64,000 nucleotides of DNA, taken from Candidatus Aminicenans sakinawicola JGI OTU-1 (lineage in GTDB: Bacteria; Acidobacteriota; Aminicenantia; Aminicenantales; Aminicenantaceae). Shown here piece after piece: positions 49,563 to 58,648 of this stretch. The position numbers were made by a program, and so were the translations under genes. Position 1 is the stretch's first letter. The number at the start of each line of letters is the position of its first letter. The stretch is from positions 41,167 to 105,166 of the forward strand of contig AWNV01000001.1 of NCBI GenBank assembly GCA_000493965.1, in the 5' to 3' direction. Under the pieces are notes generated by a model, which was not told the origin of the DNA, made no database searches, and worked only from the letters and a program-made list of their open reading frames with translations.

Positions 49563-51509
49563 ATGAAGATTGTCGATCACTTTTATGAAAGGTTTATTTT
49601 AATTGCTCCTGTTATAATTGTACGAATTAGGACTATTTATACACGCGAAGGAATATTTGGACTGGTTAAATATATTATAAGGAGATTTTATCGAAAGATA
49701 CTTTATGTATTAGATACTGATATATTTGGAAGGCTTCAATTCAAAGATTGGCAAAAAAATATTGAAAGAAGATATTTTAATAAACAATATATAGAAGACA
49801 TTAGTTATACTGTGGGCGATGATGTAAAATTCTCAATAATTTTTCCCGTCTGGAACAAACCACAAGCTATAATTCATAAGGCATTATCCTCTGTAGTAAA
49901 TCAATATTATAAAAACTGGGAGTTGTGCATATCAGATGGTTCCACCGAAAAGGTTGAGGAAACACGAGAATTTCTAAAAGGGTTTCAGAAGGAAAATCCT
50001 GATAAAGTTAAACTAAATTTTCTCAAGAATCCTTCAGAGATAAATTTAATTGAAAATTCAAATAGTGCAATTGCGATGGCAGAGGGAAACTTCTGTATTT
50101 TTTTGGACTGCGATGACGAGATTTCTCTTAACTGCCTGCTTGAACTAGCTCTTGCAGTTAAACAAAAGCCAGAAGTCGATTTCATTTATAGTGATTTTGA
50201 TAAGATAGATTTGGAGGGAAACAGATTCAATCCGTTTTTTTGGCCGGATTGGTCCCCTCATACAATTCTTTCTCAAATGCACACAACTCATGTAACTTGT
50301 TATCGGACAGAACTAATAAAAAAACTTGGCGGGCTTAGGAAAGGAACTGAGGGAGCTCAGGATTGGGATTTGGTCTTAAGACTCAGTGAGCAAACTAACA
50401 AAATTGTTCATATCCCAAAGATTCTATATCATTGGAGGGTTTATAAAGGATCAACTGCGCGAAAAAATAGTGGCGCAAAGGATTGGGTGGATAAAGCACA
50501 GAAGAAGGTTTTAACAGATTGGATTAAAAGAAATAACCTAAAAGCTGAAGTTATAGAAGGTGCCTTCCAAGGCTCCTGGAGAATTAAATACAGCATAAAA
50601 AATTCTCCTGGGGTCTCAATAATAATTCCTTTTCGTGATAAGGTAATCTATTTAGAAAAATGTGTGAAAAGTATCTTAGAAAAAACAATATATGATAACT
50701 ATGAAATTGTCATTATAAACAATCGATCTATAAAGAAAAGTACCTTGGCATACTTGGAAACTATATCAAAGATGGAAAAGATTAAAGTTTTGAATTACGA
50801 CGAAGCATTCCATTTTGGGAAATTAAATAACTGGGCTGTAGAACATGTTGATTGTGAATATGTTTTACTCTTAAATAATGATGTGGAAGTAATAAATGAG
50901 GAGTGGTTAAATGCAATGCTTGAGTATGCTCAATTACCGGAGGTTGGGGAAGTTGGGGCAAAACTTCTTTATCCAGATGGGAAAATTCAGCATGCTGGAA
51001 TTGGCGTTGGGTTGGGAGGAGCAGCAGCCCATCCTCACAGGATGCTCAGTGGCGATGGTTTTGGCTTTCAGGGTTGGTTGGTAAATCCTCGTAATGTAAT
51101 AGCTGTAACAGCCGCCTGTATGATGATTAAACGTAATTTGTTTTTAGAAATAGGGAGTTTTGATCCACAGTTTGATCCGGCATATCAAGATGTTGATTTT
51201 GGCATAAGGCTTTATGAAAAGGGATATTGGAATGTTTATACTCCTTATGCCAGGCTCTGCCATTATGAATCAGTGACACGCTTTGCCAGTGATTATACTG
51301 ATACACTCACAAAAGATGCAGAAAACGCTGTAAAGCTGAGGAAAAAGTGGCCTCAATATGTTGGTATTGACTTCGGGGCAGATCCTTTTTATAGCCCAAA
51401 CCTTTCTTATGACCATGAAGATATGCGTTTCAGGACATATTGGTACCCAGAAGATTGGGGAAAACGAGTGGGTTTAATTTATGATTTTGAAAAAAATAAG
51501 AGCTCTTAA
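49563..51509 (+). CDS. Two-domain GT2 glycosyltransferase (tandem GT-A domains)
   Basis: Domain 1 FSIIFPVWNKPQAIIHKALSSVVNQYY..LDCDDE; domain 2 VSIIIPFRDKVIYLEKCVKSIL..LLNNDVEV. Confidence 0.75.
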   Translation: MKIVDHFYERFILIAPVIIVRIRTIYTREGIFGLVKYIIRRFYRKILYVLDTDIFGRLQFKDWQKNIERRYFNKQYIEDISYTVGDDVKFSIIFPVWNKPQAIIHKALSSVVNQYYKNWELCISDGSTEKVEETREFLKGFQKENPDKVKLNFLKNPSEINLIENSNSAIAMAEGNFCIFLDCDDEISLNCLLELALAVKQKPEVDFIYSDFDKIDLEGNRFNPFFWPDWSPHTILSQMHTTHVTCYRTELIKKLGGLRKGTEGAQDWDLVLRLSEQTNKIVHIPKILYHWRVYKGSTARKNSGAKDWVDKAQKKVLTDWIKRNNLKAEVIEGAFQGSWRIKYSIKNSPGVSIIIPFRDKVIYLEKCVKSILEKTIYDNYEIVIINNRSIKKSTLAYLETISKMEKIKVLNYDEAFHFGKLNNWAVEHVDCEYVLLLNNDVEVINEEWLNAMLEYAQLPEVGEVGAKLLYPDGKIQHAGIGVGLGGAAAHPHRMLSGDGFGFQGWLVNPRNVIAVTAACMMIKRNLFLEIGSFDPQFDPAYQDVDFGIRLYEKGYWNVYTPYARLCHYESVTRFASDYTDTLTKDAENAVKLRKKWPQYVGIDFGADPFYSPNLSYDHEDMRFRTYWYPEDWGKRVGLIYDFEKNKSS

Positions 51510-51616
51510 CCATTTTAAATTGAGAAGAGCTGGATTTCGCATTTTATAGACATGAATGACTTTTTTTGTTATTATTTTGTCCTATTTATTAACAGAAATC
51601 CAGGATTGAATAGAAA

Positions 51617-52555
51617 ATGAAACTTATCGTACAAATCCCTTGTTATAATGAGGCAAATTATTTGCCATTGACCCTGAAAGATATCCCTAAGGAAATAACG
51701 GGAATAGATATAATTGAAATCCTCATTATAGATGATGGTAGTTCTGATGGCACAGCAGAAGTAGCAGAAAAAAATGGAGTACACCATGTTGTGCGTTTCA
51801 AGAAACACAGAGGACTGGCAGCTGCCTTTTCTTCCGGCCTCGAAGCTTGCTTGCTTAATGGAGCAGATATCATTGTAAACACGGATGCAGATAATCAGTA
51901 CAATGGTGCTGATATACCCAAGCTTATTAACCCTATTTTAAAGGGAGAAGCTGATATTGTTATTGGTGACCGTCAGACTCAAAACGTACCTCATTTTTCA
52001 TGGATAAAAAAGATACTACAAAAGTGGGGAAGTTATATTATTAAACTCCTATCAAAAACGAATATTCCGGATGCCCCGAGTGGATTTCGTGCAATAAATC
52101 GAGAAGCCGCCTTTAAGCTCAATATTCTTTCAGATTTCTCGTATACATTAGAAACACTTATTCAAGCTGGAAATATAGGCCTTGAAGTAAAAAGTGTTCC
52201 CATAAGAACTAACGAAAAGATAAGAGATTCCCGGCTGTTTAATAATATGTTCTCTTTTCTAAAACAATCAGGCTCTACTATTCTTCGGACTTATACAATG
52301 CATAAGCCCTTAAAAATATTTTTAATTTTTGCTGTGATATTTTTTATTTTAGGATTTATTTTAGGTGTTAGATTTTTATATTTTTTCTACGCTGTACATT
52401 CCCAGGGTCATATTCAATCGTTGATATTGAGTGCGATTTTGTTGATTGCAAGTTTTCTATTAGCAGTTGTTGCAATTTTATCTGATCTGATTGCTTCGAA
52501 TAGAAAACTTATCGAAGAAACTTTACGGCGAATTAGAAGAATAGAAAGCAAGTAA
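51617..52555 (+). CDS. GT2 polyprenyl-phosphate glycosyltransferase with C-terminal TM anchor (GtrB/ArnC/DPM1-like)
   Basis: MKLIVQIPCYNEANYLPLTL..ILIIDDGSSDGT..; two C-terminal TM helices. Confidence 0.75.
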   Translation: MKLIVQIPCYNEANYLPLTLKDIPKEITGIDIIEILIIDDGSSDGTAEVAEKNGVHHVVRFKKHRGLAAAFSSGLEACLLNGADIIVNTDADNQYNGADIPKLINPILKGEADIVIGDRQTQNVPHFSWIKKILQKWGSYIIKLLSKTNIPDAPSGFRAINREAAFKLNILSDFSYTLETLIQAGNIGLEVKSVPIRTNEKIRDSRLFNNMFSFLKQSGSTILRTYTMHKPLKIFLIFAVIFFILGFILGVRFLYFFYAVHSQGHIQSLILSAILLIASFLLAVVAILSDLIASNRKLIEETLRRIRRIESK

Positions 52556-52591
52556 ACTGATAATAGTTTTGATTGATTAATCGAGGTTCTT

Positions 52592-53899
52592 ATGACAAAA
52601 GTTATTATTTTAGGAGCTGGGCTGTCAGGATTAAGTGCGGCTTATCATTTAAAAGAAAATTATGAAATATTCGATAAAGATGAAAAGGTCGGAGGCTTGT
52701 GTCGCTCAATAAAAATAGGCGATTTTATTTTTGATTACGGTCCTCATATTCTTTTTCCAAAGGATGAATACATTGCTAAACTAATCAGAAGACTTTTAAA
52801 TAGAAATTTTCATCATCAACGAAGGGAAGCCTGGATTTATCACAAACTTTATGATATTTATACACGTTTTCCTTTCCAATCGCACCTTTACGGTTTACCT
52901 GTCTCAGTTGTAAAAGAATGTATTTTAGGCTTTTTTAATGCACTAAAGAACCCGGATAAAAAGCCTGAGGATTATGAAGAATGGATTATTTGGAATTTTG
53001 GAGAAGGTATTGCCGAATATCTAATGATTCCATATGCAAAGAAAATATGGACTATGCATCCAGGCAATATGAGCTTCGAATGGGTTTGGAATAGAGTCCC
53101 TCGACTTTCTTTAGAAGAATTATTAGAGGGAGCACTTCATGATAATCCAAAATTGTTCGGATTTAACACGGAATTTTGGTATCCGCTTCACGGTGGTATA
53201 GAAGCTCTTCCGCTTGCTTTTCTTTCTGAAGTTAAAAATGTAAACTTGAAGATGGAAGTAAGCAAGGTTTATTTAAGTAAAAAATGTGTTGAATTTAACA
53301 ATAATAAGAAAGTCTTGTTTGAAAAACTTATTTCTACTCTACCTCTTCCTGAAATTATCAAATATATTGATGATGTTCCAAATGAAGTAAAAAAAGCCTC
53401 TCAGGAACTTGAAAATAATTCTGTCTACTGTGTAAACTTAGGAATAGAACGGGAAAGGATAAGCCCTTACCACTATGTCTATTTCTATGAGCCTGATTTT
53501 TTATTTCATCGGATCAGTTATCCAATGAATTTCTCAAAACATACAGTTCCCAAAGGATGTAGTTCAATTTCTACGGAAACTTCTTATTCCAAATATAAGA
53601 AGATTAGCAAGGAAAACATAATAGAAAGAGTTGTTGAGGATTTAATAAAAGCAAAAATTTTGTTTCCAGACGATAAAATTGTCGTTTCAGATGCTACAGA
53701 TCTTAGATATGCCTATGTCATATATGACAGAAACCACAGAAAAAACGTAAATAAAATACATGATTTTTTGCGCAAAAACAGCATTTTCCCTTGCGGCAGA
53801 TTTGGTGAATGGGAATATTTTAACATGGATCACAGTATCGCTAGTGGGAAAAGAATCGCAGAAGAAATTAACACCATTTATAGTAAAGGAATTCTTTAA
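52592..53899 (+). CDS. UDP-galactopyranose-mutase-like FAD enzyme, paralog 3
   Basis: VIILGAGLSGLSAAY..KVGGLCRSI..DYGPHILFPK; C-terminal CGRFGEWEYFNMDHSIASGKRIA. Confidence 0.65.
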   Translation: MTKVIILGAGLSGLSAAYHLKENYEIFDKDEKVGGLCRSIKIGDFIFDYGPHILFPKDEYIAKLIRRLLNRNFHHQRREAWIYHKLYDIYTRFPFQSHLYGLPVSVVKECILGFFNALKNPDKKPEDYEEWIIWNFGEGIAEYLMIPYAKKIWTMHPGNMSFEWVWNRVPRLSLEELLEGALHDNPKLFGFNTEFWYPLHGGIEALPLAFLSEVKNVNLKMEVSKVYLSKKCVEFNNNKKVLFEKLISTLPLPEIIKYIDDVPNEVKKASQELENNSVYCVNLGIERERISPYHYVYFYEPDFLFHRISYPMNFSKHTVPKGCSSISTETSYSKYKKISKENIIERVVEDLIKAKILFPDDKIVVSDATDLRYAYVIYDRNHRKNVNKIHDFLRKNSIFPCGRFGEWEYFNMDHSIASGKRIAEEINTIYSKGIL

Positions 53900-53900
53900 A

Positions 53901-55199
53901 TTGAACCCGATTTCTATTTTAGGGGCAGGGCCAACTGGTTTAAGCACTGGCTATTATTTAAGAAAAAATTATTCAATTTTGGAAAAGAACAATGAAGTTG
54001 GTGGAGGCTGCCGTACAGAAAAAATAAATGGATTTAGTTTTGATCATGGGGGACATATTTTTTATCCAAAAAAAAAAGAGATACAAGCACTAATTAATAA
54101 ATTCGTAAAAGATAATTTAAAGTGTATGCCAAGAGAAGCCTGGGTGTATTCAAAGGACATCTATACGCGTTATCCATTTCAAGCAAATCTATATGGTCAT
54201 TCTATTCAAGTTGTTAAAGAATGTCTTTTGGGATTAATGAAGGCAAAATTAAAATTCGGAGAAAAACCTAATAACTTTACTGATTTTGAGGATTTTATAT
54301 ATAAGGTTTTTGGAGACGGGATTGCGAAACACTTTATGATCCCATTTAATTTGAAACAATGGGCAGTGCCTTTAAACAAAATGACATTAGAATGGATGGG
54401 AAAATTTATTCCACTGCCAACATTAGAAGAAGTTTTGGATGGAAGCTTGAAAATGTCTCCCCGCTGCATGGGAATCAATGCAAATTTTATCTATCCTCAA
54501 AAAGGAGGGATTCAATCTATCTTCGACTCTTTCATTCCCTTCCTACAGAACCTTCATATAAAATCTGAAGTAACTTATGTTTCATTAAAAAACAAATCGT
54601 TTGAAATAAATGGACAGAAAAAATGCTTCTATGAAAAGCTCGTTTCAACTATTCCTTTACCAGAGTTGGTTCGAATTATTAAATCTATTCCTTCAGAAAT
54701 TAGGTTGGCCTCTGAAAAATTAAGATGGACATCGCTTTTTGTGGTCAATATAGGAATTGATCGGCCTGCAATTTCAAATAAACATCGTGTATATTACCCG
54801 GAGGAAAAATATATTTTTCACAAACTTGGTTACTATCAGAATCAATCTCCATATATGGTTCCAAATGGTAAAAGTGCGGTTAGCGCAGAAATATCTTTTT
54901 CTAAAAATAGGCTTATCAATGAAGACACATTAATTGAAAGAACTATAAAAGATTTAATAAAAGCCAGAGTACTTTATCCAGATGATAAAATTGTATTGAC
55001 TCATATCATAACTATTCCTTATGCATATGCAATTTATGACCATCAGAGAAAGAAAGCCGTCTCATTTATAAAACAATTTTTGGAAAAGAATGATATTTAT
55101 CTTTGTGGAAGATATGCTCAATGGGAATATCAAAATATGGAGCAGAACATTCTTGCAGGAAAAGCAATGGCTGAAAAATTGAATGCAGAGATTGAATAA
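53901..55199 (+). CDS. UDP-galactopyranose-mutase-like FAD enzyme, paralog 4 (tandem with paralog 3)
   Basis: The TTG at 53901 lies 2 nt after the upstream stop and gives MNPISILGAGPTGLSTGY..EVGGGCRTE..DHGGHIFYPK; C-terminal CGRYAQWEYQNMEQNILAGKAMA. The longer upstream extension (53760) overlaps the previous gene and was rejected. Confidence 0.6.
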   Translation: MNPISILGAGPTGLSTGYYLRKNYSILEKNNEVGGGCRTEKINGFSFDHGGHIFYPKKKEIQALINKFVKDNLKCMPREAWVYSKDIYTRYPFQANLYGHSIQVVKECLLGLMKAKLKFGEKPNNFTDFEDFIYKVFGDGIAKHFMIPFNLKQWAVPLNKMTLEWMGKFIPLPTLEEVLDGSLKMSPRCMGINANFIYPQKGGIQSIFDSFIPFLQNLHIKSEVTYVSLKNKSFEINGQKKCFYEKLVSTIPLPELVRIIKSIPSEIRLASEKLRWTSLFVVNIGIDRPAISNKHRVYYPEEKYIFHKLGYYQNQSPYMVPNGKSAVSAEISFSKNRLINEDTLIERTIKDLIKARVLYPDDKIVLTHIITIPYAYAIYDHQRKKAVSFIKQFLEKNDIYLCGRYAQWEYQNMEQNILAGKAMAEKLNAEIE

Positions 55200-55354
55200 A
55201 AAAAATAGGATCATAAAAGGAGCTATTTTCCTTAAATATCGCGCCAGAATCTGTTTTCTATTCGAGAAAGAAAGCAGGATAAGTAATCACAAGTAAATAT
55301 GTAAACTTTTTTCATTAGAAAGAATTACTGAATTTCAGCTTTTACTTTATAGAG

Positions 55355-56200
55355 ATGTCCATGAGATCAATTAATAGAATATTTCCAAGAATATTAATAA
55401 GACAATTTTATAGATACCTCACGGATTGTAGGATGACAGAAATCGACGAAAATGATTTGAAACAATCTGCGGTTGTTTTCTCACCGCACCCAGATGATGA
55501 GACACTTGGTTGTGGTGGTATCATTATTTGCAAAAAGAGAGAAGGAGCAAATGTAAAAATAATCTTTATGTGTGATGGTTCTGGATCTCACTTGAATCTT
55601 TTCACGGCAAGTAAATTGAAGGCTGTACGTACACAAGAAGCATTAGCAGCAGCTCAAATGCTTGGAGTTGAGAAAAGGGATGTCACCTTTCTTGGATTTA
55701 AAGATAAAGAATTAATAAAACACCAGAACGTAGCTATCAACAGAGTAATAGAAATCGTTGAACGCTACAAACCTTGCCAAATCTACATTCCATATTATAG
55801 AGATGTACTAGCAGATCATATTGTTACAAACAGGATTGTAACATCTGCACTTCAAATTTGTAGATCAAAGGCAATCATCTATGAATATCCCATATGGTTC
55901 TGGCGTCACTGGCCTTGGGTAAGTATACCAATCAGTTTCCGTAGAGAAACTCTGTATCGCTTGGCATATAGTCTTGTTGAAGGTATGGGTTTGCGATTAC
56001 TGCGGGATTTTGGATGCTTCGTTTCCATCAAAGCAATTTTAGAACTTAAACGTGCAGCGTTAGATCAACATAGATCGCAGATGAAAGGGCTCATATATGA
56101 TCCAAATTGGCTGACCTTAGGTGATGTATCGAATGGAGAGTGGCTGGAATGCTTTTTTCAAGACCGGGAAATTTTTCGTCGATACAGGCTTTTGACTTAA
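55355..56200 (+). CDS. PIG-L/LmbE-family N-acetylglucosaminyl deacetylase
   Basis: ..AVVFSPHPDDETLGCGGII.. metal-binding motif. Confidence 0.75.
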   Translation: MSMRSINRIFPRILIRQFYRYLTDCRMTEIDENDLKQSAVVFSPHPDDETLGCGGIIICKKREGANVKIIFMCDGSGSHLNLFTASKLKAVRTQEALAAAQMLGVEKRDVTFLGFKDKELIKHQNVAINRVIEIVERYKPCQIYIPYYRDVLADHIVTNRIVTSALQICRSKAIIYEYPIWFWRHWPWVSIPISFRRETLYRLAYSLVEGMGLRLLRDFGCFVSIKAILELKRAALDQHRSQMKGLIYDPNWLTLGDVSNGEWLECFFQDREIFRRYRLLT

Positions 56201-56384
56201 ATGAAAGCCTTAATTTGTTGGGTAAGATCTTAGTTGAGGCAACAGTATGCTTATGGTAAGATTTACTCTTGAGGCAGTGAGGTTAAAAAAATAGTTGACG
56301 TAAGTCATTCACTATTAAGTCACATAATTTCTGTGGATTCAGGTCCTTTTATTGTTGCCAGAAAGATATACACTATAAGAGATA

Positions 56385-57554
56385 TCAAAGATTCCTAAAA
56401 ATTTTGATGATATTATCTACTGACTTATCAATGCTGAACCTTGAACCAAATGAAGCAATTAATTTAGATTGCCACTTTCTATGGCATGCCCAAGCAATCC
56501 CATGAGCTAAATCTAGGCTACTTCCGACGGGAACAAGGATACCATTTAAATCTTTATTTATTACCCTGCTTGCAATACCAACGGAGGTAGCAATAATAGG
56601 TTTGCCACAACACATAGCCTCAATAACGTTCAAGCCATACTCCTCATGATAAGAAGGAGAGCAAAATAAGTCGCAAGCATTTAACCAATATTGTACTTCA
56701 TTGTGTGGCTTTGAACCCACCAACAGTACATTCTCAGAAAGACCTTGCTTTTTTATTTTCTTTTCTATCTTAGTTCTTAATGGGCCATCTCCAACTATTA
56801 CTAGATACAGGTTTTCTTCCTTGTAGATTTTTCTGAAAGCATCTATCAATAAATCAAAACCTTTCTCAGGTGATAATCTACCTAATGCCATAACGATTTT
56901 TTTATCCTTCGGCAAATTTAGCTTGGAACGTTGGTACATCATGTCTAAAGGTTTAAATATATTTATATCAATTCCATTGAAAGTGAGTTCTGTTTTTTGA
57001 TAAGGAACTCCAAAGAGCCTATTTAAAGCTTTTTTCATAGAACTGGTTAAAACTAATACTTTATCTACTCGCTTGACTGTATAATTTATAAAAAGTTTTT
57101 CTAAATTTATCTTCCCATATCCAATGCTTTTTTGTCCATGGATAACAAGTACTACCTTTTTCTTTAATTTTTTTGCTAATCTTAATGCAATATATGTATC
57201 CGGAAATACCCAATGAGTAAAGAAAATATCACACTCTGTAGCAACTCTATATATTAAATCCTTATTTTTAATAATGCTTCTATGAAGTGTAATAAACTCT
57301 ATCCATTTGATATATTTAGGAAAAGACAGAAATCTCGGTCGAAGGATTTTAAAATTTCCTTGCGATTCTTTAAAAGGAATCTTTTTAATGCCTGAAAATG
57401 TGCTAAAAAAATCCATGAATGGAAAGATTGGCAGCGGTGCAACTACAGATACATCGACTTTTTTTGACATAGCAGCTGCTATTTCCTTTATAAATATTCC
57501 ATATGTAGACCTAACTTGATTTGGAAATATATGGCTAAAAAACAATATTTTCAT
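56385..57554 (-). CDS. Glycosyltransferase family 4
   Basis: EEYGLNVIEAMCCGKPIIATSVGIASRVINKDLNGILVP. Confidence 0.8.
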   Translation of the reverse strand: MKILFFSHIFPNQVRSTYGIFIKEIAAAMSKKVDVSVVAPLPIFPFMDFFSTFSGIKKIPFKESQGNFKILRPRFLSFPKYIKWIEFITLHRSIIKNKDLIYRVATECDIFFTHWVFPDTYIALRLAKKLKKKVVLVIHGQKSIGYGKINLEKLFINYTVKRVDKVLVLTSSMKKALNRLFGVPYQKTELTFNGIDINIFKPLDMMYQRSKLNLPKDKKIVMALGRLSPEKGFDLLIDAFRKIYKEENLYLVIVGDGPLRTKIEKKIKKQGLSENVLLVGSKPHNEVQYWLNACDLFCSPSYHEEYGLNVIEAMCCGKPIIATSVGIASRVINKDLNGILVPVGSSLDLAHGIAWACHRKWQSKLIASFGSRFSIDKSVDNIIKIFRNL

Positions 57555-57570
57555 GAAAATTATATATAGA

Positions 57571-58599
57571 TTATAAAAGTAATTGATAGTTCGATCTATC
57601 TCCTAATCTAACAGCCATTACACAGCGATTACAAATAAAATCTGAGGGGCAATGACCATATATTCTTTTGCGAATATTCTGATATTCCTTCGAATTCCAT
57701 ATACTATGAATAGAGGATTTATTAAGATTTCCAAGCAAAACTTCTCTATGCCAATCGTAGCAACATAGAACTACATCACCATTAAAATGGACTGCCATAT
57801 ATCGGAGAGGATAATCAAATGTACATCCTACAATTCTACCCTTATTTTTTGCTTTCCAAACAATATAATTGTTATCAGGAAGTGATTCAGCCCTGTCATT
57901 ACTTTGTTGAATTTCAATGGGAACTCCTTTGTCTTCCCAATATTTTAGAGCTTCCAGAAATTCTGCCCTTGGAAGTAAATTTTGTAAGATTGCTATTTTA
58001 ACCTTTACGTTTTTATTCACTGATAAAAAATAGTTAATTCTATCTAGAGTTTTATAGAAGTGCAGCCCTACCATATTTTTTTCATAGGTCTCTTTGATTA
58101 ATCCATGAACACTGAAGCAAATTCGATCTAGTCCAGAATTAGCTAATCTTTTTGCACGCTCTTTGTCTAGAAGAGAGCCATTGCTAATGATGGAGATATA
58201 GGAAGATGGGCATTTTTCTCTAATGTATTCTATCTTTTTCTCTAATTCAGAATCCATAAGGGGTTCATTCAAAAACTCAGGTGAGATTTCTTTAATTCCA
58301 TATTGGCTGCATTCGTGGATTATTTTGTAAAAAAGCGAATCAGTCATCTTCCCCTGAGGAATACTTTTTCTATAACTCTGATAGCGTAGGGGACATACGA
58401 CACAGCGAGCATTGCATCTCGATTGAGTCTGGATAAATAGCCCATTTGGAAATGAGCCAAGGCGTACGGATGAATATATTTTGGGGCTGATTTTCATTGC
58501 CGAAAGTTTAGCGTTAAATAAAATTTTCCGCAGACGATTTTTCTGTAAAAAATAATTTTTGATCCTTATAAAATTCTTCATTAATTTTGTTCCTCTCAA
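57571..58599 (-). CDS. Radical SAM protein with cysteine-rich C-terminus (SPASM/twitch-like)
   Basis: CNARCVVCP (CxxxCxxC) near the N-terminus; C-terminal ..CCYDWH..CPSDFICNRC.. auxiliary cluster-like cysteines. Confidence 0.65.
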   Translation of the reverse strand: MRGTKLMKNFIRIKNYFLQKNRLRKILFNAKLSAMKISPKIYSSVRLGSFPNGLFIQTQSRCNARCVVCPLRYQSYRKSIPQGKMTDSLFYKIIHECSQYGIKEISPEFLNEPLMDSELEKKIEYIREKCPSSYISIISNGSLLDKERAKRLANSGLDRICFSVHGLIKETYEKNMVGLHFYKTLDRINYFLSVNKNVKVKIAILQNLLPRAEFLEALKYWEDKGVPIEIQQSNDRAESLPDNNYIVWKAKNKGRIVGCTFDYPLRYMAVHFNGDVVLCCYDWHREVLLGNLNKSSIHSIWNSKEYQNIRKRIYGHCPSDFICNRCVMAVRLGDRSNYQLLL

Positions 58600-58648
58600 T
58601 TCTTCTTAGCCATTATAACAGTTAATAAAAACAAAAAATGCTAACTTT

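Noticed and set aside
53760-53900. Longer N-terminal extension of the fourth Glf-like ORF (starting at 53760)
   Set aside because: It overlaps the upstream paralog by 140 nt in a different frame. The in-frame TTG at 53901 starts exactly at the conserved position (MNPISILGAGPTG) and matches the paralog's MTKVIILGAGLSG.
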